DNA from: Marine Group II euryarchaeote MED-G34
Lineage (GTDB): Archaea > Thermoplasmatota > Poseidoniia > Poseidoniales > Thalassarchaeaceae
NCBI GenBank assembly: GCA_002457605.1
Contig: NTJT01000002.1
Span: forward strand, 10,850-74,849
Length of the DNA: 64,000 nucleotides
Direction: 5' to 3'
Part shown: positions 55,027 through 61,814 of the stretch, one piece after another
Layout: every line of letters starts with the position of its first letter
How positions within the stretch are numbered: the first letter of the stretch is position 1
Notes under the pieces: model-generated
Seen by the model: the letters and a program-made list of their open reading frames with translations, nothing else
Database searches by the model: none
What the model was told of the DNA's origin: nothing
Position numbers and translations under genes: made by a program

Positions 55027-56081
55027 TCCTCCAATGCCTCTAACTCATCTGCTTCGATTTTCTCTTGAGTCTCGGTAAACCAATCCTCCTCGATAATCGA
55101 GAATTCGGGAATGTCAGGATTCCACCTTATCGGCAGTTTGTCTCCAGACTGCACTACTAGTTCGAGTCTCTCGCCCAGAGCTGGCATCCTCTGTCCAATC
55201 ATGGCGGCGTACAACTTGCTGTATCTGATGGTTTCCGGTATGCAGATCCTCCCGCTACTGGTCTCGAAATCTATCGCACGGTCGAGGTCTAGGGCATGCC
55301 GATTCAGTTTGTGTAGTAATCCTGAGGTGACACGTGATATCGCCATGAAACAAATCAATATGAAGATGAATACCATGAGAAATCCCCATGTTGAATCTCC
55401 GACGAGCGTCATCGAAATAGTCCCGAGTAGGAATACTATGGGCGCGATGAAGGTAATCAGGAAGAAAGTGGGAGAGATTGGCTTGCGTTTCTTCATCCTC
55501 TCGATAACCGCCCAGCGTGGATGTTTGGGGTTCTGAGGTCTGAAGATTTCATCCTCTTCCATTTTAGCGGCTCTGGATACCATCCGGCTCACTGATTCCA
55601 TACGAGCAAGTTGGTTGCTGCTGGTGGCTTCCATGCCCTCATCGAAAAGATCTTCAAGAAGTTCAGCACACTCCTCATAGTGCCCCATTCTGACTAGAAT
55701 AGCTATCTGTTCGATTAACGGAGCGACTTCGTAAGGAGCGATTTCACGCCTGTCCTGCCACCACCTGAGACCATCTTCTAGCATCCCTAGGTGGTCAACT
55801 AGGAGGACTCCTCCAAGTCTCCAAGCCTCAAAGTTCTCTGGGTCTATCTGCACGACTTTACGCAGTGCCGTCATCGCCTTCGCTGACTGCTCGAGGTCAG
55901 GTTGCACCTGTTTACCTCTGGACTCAGTAGGTAGTGACCAGCGGGCCACTCCCATCCACCCGTCGACGTGAGTAGGATCGATGGCCACAGTTTTTCTGGC
56001 TGCCTCGAGGGAACTGACTCTGTCGCCTGACTGCTCTGCCTCTACCGCATCGAGCCATGTCATCTCGGCGCTCTTGGCCAT
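55023..56081 (-). CDS. TPR-like repeat protein with two TM helices (hypothetical)
   Basis: ATG 56081 preferred; the longest ORF, to 56135, overlaps the upstream stop by 4 nt. N-terminal TPR-like helices (AIDPTHVDGWMGVARW, VQIDPENFEAWRLGGVLL). TM pair FFLITFIAPIVFLLGTISMTLV / FLMVFIFILICFMAI. Confidence 0.65.
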   Translation of the reverse strand: MAKSAEMTWLDAVEAEQSGDRVSSLEAARKTVAIDPTHVDGWMGVARWSLPTESRGKQVQPDLEQSAKAMTALRKVVQIDPENFEAWRLGGVLLVDHLGMLEDGLRWWQDRREIAPYEVAPLIEQIAILVRMGHYEECAELLEDLFDEGMEATSSNQLARMESVSRMVSRAAKMEEDEIFRPQNPKHPRWAVIERMKKRKPISPTFFLITFIAPIVFLLGTISMTLVGDSTWGFLMVFIFILICFMAISRVTSGLLHKLNRHALDLDRAIDFETSSGRICIPETIRYSKLYAAMIGQRMPALGERLELVVQSGDKLPIRWNPDIPEFSIIEEDWFTETQEKIEADELEALED

Positions 56082-56131
56082 GACCCTTGCTGGGGCGCGT
56101 GATGCATGAAGGCTGGGGTGTGGATTGACAA

Positions 56132-57052
56132 TCAACGGCCTCTGCCCTTGTGTCTGCTACTTGGACGGCCCCCGCCCTTCCAGTTGTCTCTGGGATTCGG
56201 CCTACGTCGCCTCCCCTGTGTCTTCCTCGATCCTTTACCTTCGACCGGCTTCCGAGTGTCACAGCGGTTGCACATAGTCCTCGAGGCGTAATTGTGATTT
56301 TTGCACTTAGGGCAATTCCAGTCTCCTGGCTTCATATTTGAGTTATTGAAGCCGCCTGAGTTATTTGATCGATATCCGCGAGAATTTCCACCTCTTCCAC
56401 CACCACCTCTCGGTTTTGGCTCTTCACAACCGGTGCGATTGCAAACTTTCTTGTTTGAGAAATTATGATTTTTGCACTTCGGGCAGCTCCAGTCTCCTGG
56501 CTTCATATTTGAGTTATTGAAGCCGCCTGAGTTATTTGATCGATATCCGCGAGAATTCCCACCTCTTCCACCACCACCTCTCGGTTTTGGCTCTTCACAA
56601 CCATTGCGATTGCAAACTTTCTTGTTTGCATAATTGTGATTTTTGCACTTCGGGCAGCTCCAGTCTCCTGGCTTCATACTTGAGCCCCTGTCTCCTCCGA
56701 ACTTGCGGTCCCGGCCCCTTTGATCGTTACCTTGTCTACTGCCTGGACGACTATCGCGCCCCCTTCTGAATTTACTTTCGCCCGTACGACTATTGTGTCG
56801 ACTTCGGTTGGCCCTCCCGCTAGGAGCAATCTCAACTGGCGACCCTATTGCGCTAGATCCCTCTACACCTTCGTTCAGAGGATGTACGTGAACCAGAGGT
56901 TCGTTGGATGGGCCTAACACAGTTTCCACTCTTCCAAGCGTCTTCCCTCCGACGACTCGAATACCGGCTCCCAACCTAGGTGCGCGCCCATCAAAGGAGA
57001 CCAAGAGCCCACCTTCGTGCGACTCTCTGGACACTCTGCCGGAGAAGCTCAT
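56132..57052 (-). CDS. Gar1-like beta-barrel protein fused to RGG-rich linkers and three RanBP2-type zinc fingers
   Basis: 306 aa. Residues 1-78 (SGRVSRESHEGGLLVSFDGRAPRLGAGIRVVGGKTLGRVETVLGPSNEPLVHVHP...IGSPVEI) follow the archaeal Gar1 pattern. The ZnFs are GDWSCPKCKNHNYANKKVCNRNGC (aa 129-152), GDWSCPKCKNHNFSNKKVCNRTGC (186-209) and GDWNCPKCKNHNYASRTMCNRC (243-264). The third is canonical W-x-C-x2-C-x3-N-x6-C-x2-C. Linkers are PRGGGGRGGNSRGYRSNNSGGFNNSN. Basic RG-rich C-terminus. Confidence 0.7.
   Translation of the reverse strand: MSFSGRVSRESHEGGLLVSFDGRAPRLGAGIRVVGGKTLGRVETVLGPSNEPLVHVHPLNEGVEGSSAIGSPVEIAPSGRANRSRHNSRTGESKFRRGRDSRPGSRQGNDQRGRDRKFGGDRGSSMKPGDWSCPKCKNHNYANKKVCNRNGCEEPKPRGGGGRGGNSRGYRSNNSGGFNNSNMKPGDWSCPKCKNHNFSNKKVCNRTGCEEPKPRGGGGRGGNSRGYRSNNSGGFNNSNMKPGDWNCPKCKNHNYASRTMCNRCDTRKPVEGKGSRKTQGRRRRPNPRDNWKGGGRPSSRHKGRGR
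56295..56687 (-). repeat. 171-bp (57-codon) near-identical tandem repeat, two full units plus a partial third, inside the Gar1-ZnF gene
   Basis: Units 56295-56465 and 56466-56636 differ at about ten positions by eye, with long identical runs. The third copy starts at 56637 and diverges after about 50 nt. Each unit encodes one ZnF plus one RGG linker. Confidence 0.9.
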
Positions 57053-57055
57053 GGC

Positions 57056-59089
57056 TCAGCCGCGGCGCCTACCATACATGAGGGCTGCGACTGCCGCCAT
57101 GGTCACAATAGGGAGGCCTACTGCAGGTAGCAGACCACCTTCATCCTCTTCTTCGGAAGGAGTCAGGGGTTCTGGCTCAGGCTCATCGAAGAGATGCGAG
57201 TTGTTCACTATCTGAAAGACTTCTGAGCACTTACCTGAGGTATCACACCCTTCGATTGTGATGCCGTGCTCCCCTTCGCTCCACAGTTCGAAGTTGATAT
57301 TCGGAGTGGACCACGTATTCCCGGTGGAGCTCACTGAACCTGTCTGCGAACCATCTATGGACATTGAGAATACCACAGATTCTCCGTCCGGATCACTGTA
57401 CTGTCCTTGCATTGACCACTGCGACCCATCCCACTCAGTATTCATTATCGTTAACACGGGTGGTGCAGACTCCTTGCTCAAACCGATATCATACACGTGC
57501 TCGAGAGAATATACCTCGGCGGTGTCAACGACGCTGACCCAGACCCCCACTGGGCCGGGCAGTGAGTTGGATGAAGAAAGATCTACTGTGACTTCTCCGG
57601 TGAATGTAATCGTGGAAGTGGGTGAAGACTGCCCGTCCTGAATCAGCCCAATCTCGATTTCTAAATCGGGCCAGTCTGAAGTTGGGCTGATTGTAATCGG
57701 ATGAGGGTCGCTCAGAGTCTGCGTGGATGTCGAAAGAGAGAACGGCACGCCTAGGTTCCATGTCCTACTGCCTGTGCTTTGTCCTGCTGAGTCGACAGCC
57801 TCGCAACTCACTTCTGCAGTATTGCCGCGAGGAATCTCAGCCCACCACGATCGGTCGCCGCCCTCCGACAGCTGTAGGGAAGGTGCTCCGGTGCAGCGGA
57901 CATCCAACTTAGAGACACTCTCCTCGTCAGAGAACCATTGTGAGACATCTTCCCAATACGCCCAGACGTGCTGCCCTCCGTTAGGAGATGGGAACCACGC
58001 GCCCTCTGGAGGCGCAACATCGGTCCACTCAGGGGGGTCATCGACAGGAACAGGGGCTGTAGTAAAGTCCGCGAATAGGTCTTCGCCAAGTGGCCAATCG
58101 ACGCGAGGGGAGTCGGGACTGAGGCTGTATGTCAGACTGCCGTCAGCATTCTCGGTGATTGAGTACGTTGAGGAACCGTCGCCTATACAACTGCCTCGAA
58201 GTGGCGCCTGACCCCCTGCGGTTTCCTCATCCAGTCCGACATCTCTGCCTTCACATTCATCCCACAAGTCGAGACGCAGGTCTTGGGTAACCGGGAATGT
58301 AAAATCGAGCTTCGCACCAGACATATTAGAGGCATTGAGCACCAGTGTGAAGTTGCTGCTGTCAAAGAACCCATGGATGTCCGCCGTCGCATTCAGCCAT
58401 AGTTTGATGCGACATTCATCCATGCCCTGGGAAGCCGCGATATCAGTGTCACAGTCGCGGTTTTCATCGGGAATCACCGGAACCTCCTCACAGTCGTTGC
58501 CAAAGGCAGAGGTACATTCACGAATTTGAGAGTGCCTAATTGGAACAATATTGAACTCCTGGATATCTACCCCATCCTCTTCCCAAGAGGTGTTCTTCCA
58601 GTCCACTCCGCCCCCACCTCTGTGAGATGGACCGTCCCGGATGCCTATTCTGGTTAGTGTGTGTTCTATGCACTCACTCGCAAGTGCGCGAAAGAACTCC
58701 CTCTCATCGGTTGAGATCCAACTGTCACCGCCATCGTTTGGATCAACTTCAGCCATGAATTCGTCCATCGATACGCGAAGGTCGTCCGCCAGCGTTTCGT
58801 TGACCCAAGCAACTGCTCGAACATCTGCCGACCCCCAGTCCTCATTCACTACGATATCGAAGGTCGCGTGAGTGTACTCAAACAGGTTCTCAAAGGTGAT
58901 TGAGCCGCATTGATCCTCAAGTGAACCCCCTCCTCCTAGTTGATCCATGCGTACAGGTTCATCTTCTAAGTGATCGAAATCCCCTCTTCCTTGGTCTGGG
59001 GGCGCCAGCATTGAGAGAATCATTAGGAAAGTGAGTACGCTGGCTATGGCACCCCTGTCCATACACTGGCAAGCGAAAGCGCGCATCAT
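57056..59089 (-). CDS. Secreted acidic surface protein with an extreme C-terminal hydrophobic anchor and basic end
   Basis: 677 aa. Signal-like AIASVLTFLMILSMLAPP. Acidic Cys-containing ectodomain. Ends ...EEEDEGGLLPAVGLPIVTMAAVAALMYGRRRG. The stop lies 3 nt before the next gene's start. Confidence 0.75.
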   Translation of the reverse strand: MMRAFACQCMDRGAIASVLTFLMILSMLAPPDQGRGDFDHLEDEPVRMDQLGGGGSLEDQCGSITFENLFEYTHATFDIVVNEDWGSADVRAVAWVNETLADDLRVSMDEFMAEVDPNDGGDSWISTDEREFFRALASECIEHTLTRIGIRDGPSHRGGGGVDWKNTSWEEDGVDIQEFNIVPIRHSQIRECTSAFGNDCEEVPVIPDENRDCDTDIAASQGMDECRIKLWLNATADIHGFFDSSNFTLVLNASNMSGAKLDFTFPVTQDLRLDLWDECEGRDVGLDEETAGGQAPLRGSCIGDGSSTYSITENADGSLTYSLSPDSPRVDWPLGEDLFADFTTAPVPVDDPPEWTDVAPPEGAWFPSPNGGQHVWAYWEDVSQWFSDEESVSKLDVRCTGAPSLQLSEGGDRSWWAEIPRGNTAEVSCEAVDSAGQSTGSRTWNLGVPFSLSTSTQTLSDPHPITISPTSDWPDLEIEIGLIQDGQSSPTSTITFTGEVTVDLSSSNSLPGPVGVWVSVVDTAEVYSLEHVYDIGLSKESAPPVLTIMNTEWDGSQWSMQGQYSDPDGESVVFSMSIDGSQTGSVSSTGNTWSTPNINFELWSEGEHGITIEGCDTSGKCSEVFQIVNNSHLFDEPEPEPLTPSEEEDEGGLLPAVGLPIVTMAAVAALMYGRRRG

Positions 59090-59114
59090 GATTCTATCGC
59101 CGGCCTGTAAGTTG

Positions 59115-59134
59115 AGTTTAGGGCAACCTAAACT
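59115..59134. promoter_or_regulatory. Palindrome 1: AGTTTAGG-GCAA-CCTAAACT (8-bp perfect arms)
   Basis: Read directly. Lies 26-45 bp upstream of the divergent start at 59089 and 43-62 bp upstream of ATG 59177. On the + strand the loop GCAA is a GNRA tetraloop. Confidence 0.55.
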
Positions 59135-59159
59135 TGATAACCATATTCTATTTCGTAAT

Positions 59160-59177
59160 TTTTAGGGTGACCTAAAA
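59160..59177. promoter_or_regulatory. Palindrome 2: TTTTAGG-GTGA-CCTAAAA (7-bp perfect arms), covering the Shine-Dalgarno-like GGTGA and the A of the ATG
   Basis: Read directly. Shares the TTTAGG/CCTAAA core with palindrome 1. The centres are 44 bp apart. The + strand loop GUGA is a GNRA tetraloop. GGTGA at 59166-59170 lies 6 nt before ATG 59177. Confidence 0.55.
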
Positions 59178-60157
59178 TGAATGCGAACAAGACCATTGCA
59201 AGCCTGATAATTGGATTATTGATTTGTACAACACTTACTGGATGTCTGAGTGGAGATGATGACGATGTCATTAGAATTGCATTCAAGACTCAGGATGACT
59301 ATGATGACCCAGACACCAACCCACAGAGACTGGCCGATTTCATCTCCCAGCAGACTGGGATGGATGTCGAAATCTATCCAATAGCTAGCGATGTCGCAGC
59401 AATTGAGGCCCTCAGGTTCGGACACGCCGACATCGCTATTCTGGATGGAGGTGCTGCTTGGATGGCTTGGCAACAGCACGGCTTCGATGCCATACTGGCT
59501 GATCAGAAGTCAGACGGCTCAACTTACTACTTAGCATCGGCATGGGTGCTTGAAGACAGTGACATCCAGTCTTTGGATGATTTAGAGGGGATGGACTCCT
59601 GCCACACTGGCTGGCTCAAGTCCGCCGGTATGCTCATGCCGATGGGTTACATGATTGGCCAAGGTATGGTTGAGGTCTCTGGTGACGAAGAGGATATCAA
59701 CAGTCTCCGAACGACTATTGAGAATCACTTTGGCAATGCATCAATCCCATCTAGCGGCGATCCGTATTATGGATACAGCGGAGCGTTCCGTTGTATGACT
59801 GAGGGCATGGGGGATGTGGCCTTTGCCAAGACAACATCCTTCGAGGATCACTGCGAGGGGAATGATTGGTGCCTCGACCGCTCTGATTACAGGATGTTGC
59901 AGCCGGCATTTGGCAAGGTTCCAAGCCATCCGATAATGGTCAATCGTGAGATGATTGACGATGAGAAGGCCGATGCAATCACAAACGCATTTCTAGCACT
60001 CAATTCCGATTTGGAGGGTCACTATATCCTTGAATCTGTATTGAACACCCCTGGAATATCACAAGTGAATACCGAGGAGCACCTAGGCTCCTATAGCGAA
60101 GCAATCAGCAGTATACCCGGTATTGCAGCATACTTCGAGGGCAAGTACGCAAACTAG
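59177..60157 (+). CDS. Transferrin-like (single-lobe) substrate-binding lipoprotein of an ABC transporter, predicted Fe(III)-binding
   Basis: 326 aa. Lipobox LTGC (Cys23). Blocks aligning to the human transferrin N-lobe: ADIAILDGG (Asp90 ~ Asp63), STYYLASAWV (Tyr117 ~ Tyr95), SCHTGWLKSAG (Thr144/Lys148/Ala150-Gly151 ~ Thr120/Arg124/Ala126-Gly127), YYGYSGAFRCMTEGMGDVAFAK (Tyr200 ~ Tyr188) and KVPSHPIMV (His251 ~ His249). Confidence 0.85.
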   Translation: MNANKTIASLIIGLLICTTLTGCLSGDDDDVIRIAFKTQDDYDDPDTNPQRLADFISQQTGMDVEIYPIASDVAAIEALRFGHADIAILDGGAAWMAWQQHGFDAILADQKSDGSTYYLASAWVLEDSDIQSLDDLEGMDSCHTGWLKSAGMLMPMGYMIGQGMVEVSGDEEDINSLRTTIENHFGNASIPSSGDPYYGYSGAFRCMTEGMGDVAFAKTTSFEDHCEGNDWCLDRSDYRMLQPAFGKVPSHPIMVNREMIDDEKADAITNAFLALNSDLEGHYILESVLNTPGISQVNTEEHLGSYSEAISSIPGIAAYFEGKYAN

Positions 60158-60168
60158 CAGGGTCCGCG

Positions 60169-60900
60169 ATGAACTCAGAACCAATTCTCTCGATTCAATC
60201 CGCTGAAATTGGATTTGAGGATTCAAGACCGCTCCTCGAGGACTGTAATCTAGAAATTGGGCCGGGAGAAATAGTAGGATTAATCGGTCGCTCAGGCATT
60301 GGTAAGACCACGCTGATTCGAACAATTGCAGGGCTAATCCGGCCATTATCTGGAGACGTGCTTTTCGCTGGAGCAAATATCTCACACTCGGCAAGAGGAA
60401 CCATAGGGTTGATTCCGCAACGACTGGGTCTGATTCAGCATCAAACGGTTGGATACAATGTTTTGATGGGCGCCCTACCGAATTCAACTGGGCTCCAATC
60501 AATTCTTTCTCTCCCTTCGGCTGAAATGCGTGACTCGACCAGAAAAGCAATCGCTGCCGTGGGCCTAGAAGACAAGACTCTGACCTCGGTAAACCTTCTC
60601 TCGGGTGGTCAGCAACGCAGGGTGGCTATCGCCAGATCTATGGTGCAGAATCCACAACTTCTCTTGGCAGACGAATGTCTCGGCGAGTTGGATGCCGACA
60701 CCGCTCGCGATATCATCGGTCTGTTGAAGGCCCTTGTAGAGGACCATAGCACATCAATCCTAATTGTCGATCACAATCCAGTACGCGCCCGCACATTCTG
60801 TGACAGGGTTTTGCAATTGCGTGGTCGCACAATCATCCCACTGAGTGAGGAAGAACAGGATGAGGCGACAGGACTTCCGCAGTATAGGGGGGATGAATGA
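60169..60900 (+). CDS. ABC transporter ATP-binding protein (PhnC-like)
   Basis: 243 aa. Walker A GRSGIGKTT, signature LSGGQQRRVAIAR, Walker B LLLADE. Confidence 0.92.
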   Translation: MNSEPILSIQSAEIGFEDSRPLLEDCNLEIGPGEIVGLIGRSGIGKTTLIRTIAGLIRPLSGDVLFAGANISHSARGTIGLIPQRLGLIQHQTVGYNVLMGALPNSTGLQSILSLPSAEMRDSTRKAIAAVGLEDKTLTSVNLLSGGQQRRVAIARSMVQNPQLLLADECLGELDADTARDIIGLLKALVEDHSTSILIVDHNPVRARTFCDRVLQLRGRTIIPLSEEEQDEATGLPQYRGDE

Positions 60901-61814
60901 TGGGAGAGATTCAGCGTTTATCCCAGTTCGTGCTTAGAAGGCCCATCCTGCGCACAGCCATAGTATTGGGCATAATGGCAGTTCTTGCTGTACTCCATCT
61001 GGAGATTACTCTATCTCGTTTAGGAGATGCAGCATCAAATCTGGTGATAATAGCAGGGGAAGCTTGGCCTCCTGACTTCTCAGTACTGACCGATAGAGCA
61101 GCATGGGCATATCCTCCGTGCGAGATGCAAACTGACTGGATGTGTAGCCCCGCTGTTCTAGGAATGACCCAGACTCTGGAGATAGCATTCCTAGCCACAA
61201 TATTCGGAATGGCGATGTCGCTACCCTTAGCTGCAGCCGCAGCCACCAATCTCTCACCACCGTTATTGGCCCAGATTGTCAGACAGGTCCTCGCAGCACT
61301 TCGGGTACTACCTTCTCTAATCTGGGCTCTTATTTTCGTAATCTTGGTCGGTATTGGACCTCTGGCCGGAGTACTGGCAATGACAATGTACACAGTGGGG
61401 TATCTTGGTAAATTGCAATATGAGGCACTCGAAGGAGTTAGCAGGGAGCCGCTTGAGGTGGCCCGAGCAATGGGATTACCACGGTGGCAGATTGCGCGCT
61501 TCTTTGCGATTCCTGAGGCGGCCAACTCGTTAATCAGTCAGATGCTTTTCATGTTTGAGTATAATGTGAGGCACGGCTCAGTAGTTGGCCTTGTAGGGGC
61601 GGGAGGAATAGGTTGGTACATGCAGTATTACCTGGAGCCTTTCAAACTCTACGATAGAGTACTCGCTCTGGTTATTGTAATGTATCTAGTAGTCATAATC
61701 ATTGATCAGATATCTCTGCGAGTACGCAGTCAGTTCATCGAAGATGACGAGCATATTCAGAGGCCTAAGTGGCGAGGAACAATAGTTCCTTGGGCAGAGT
61801 CCTCAGATGATTAG
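60897..61814 (+). CDS. ABC transporter permease (PhnE-like)
   Basis: 305 aa, multi-TM. EAA-like loop EVARAMGLPRWQIARFFAIPEAANSLISQMLFMFEYNVRHGSVVGLVGAGGIGW resembles PhnE-type permeases. 4-nt overlap with the ATPase gene. Confidence 0.88.
   Translation: MMGEIQRLSQFVLRRPILRTAIVLGIMAVLAVLHLEITLSRLGDAASNLVIIAGEAWPPDFSVLTDRAAWAYPPCEMQTDWMCSPAVLGMTQTLEIAFLATIFGMAMSLPLAAAAATNLSPPLLAQIVRQVLAALRVLPSLIWALIFVILVGIGPLAGVLAMTMYTVGYLGKLQYEALEGVSREPLEVARAMGLPRWQIARFFAIPEAANSLISQMLFMFEYNVRHGSVVGLVGAGGIGWYMQYYLEPFKLYDRVLALVIVMYLVVIIIDQISLRVRSQFIEDDEHIQRPKWRGTIVPWAESSDD

Noticed and set aside
56295-56687. CRISPR array or mobile-element terminal repeat as an explanation for the 171-bp repeats
   Set aside because: The repeats are directly adjacent with no spacers, are in frame (57 codons), and encode zinc-finger/RGG modules within a continuous ORF. 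No cas, transposase or integrase genes occur in the window.
59115-59177. Calling the twin palindromes canonical DtxR/IdeR iron boxes
   Set aside because: Only the outer TTAGG/CCTAA pentamers match. The DtxR/IdeR consensus is a 19-bp palindrome with 9 bp between these pentamers, whereas here the spacer is 4 bp. The regulator family is therefore left open in the finding.
60911-61525. 204-aa minus-strand ORF inside the ABC permease gene. The same class covers long antisense or alternative-frame ORFs such as 1452..1961, 16130..16654, 26435..26974, 37451..37975, 44269..44832, 50615..51124, 57723..58211 and 62118..62618.
   Set aside because: All lie fully within genes that carry clear family motifs on the other strand or frame. 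Their products are Arg/Ser/Pro/Ala-rich with no motifs. They are expected by-products of moderately GC-rich coding sequence.
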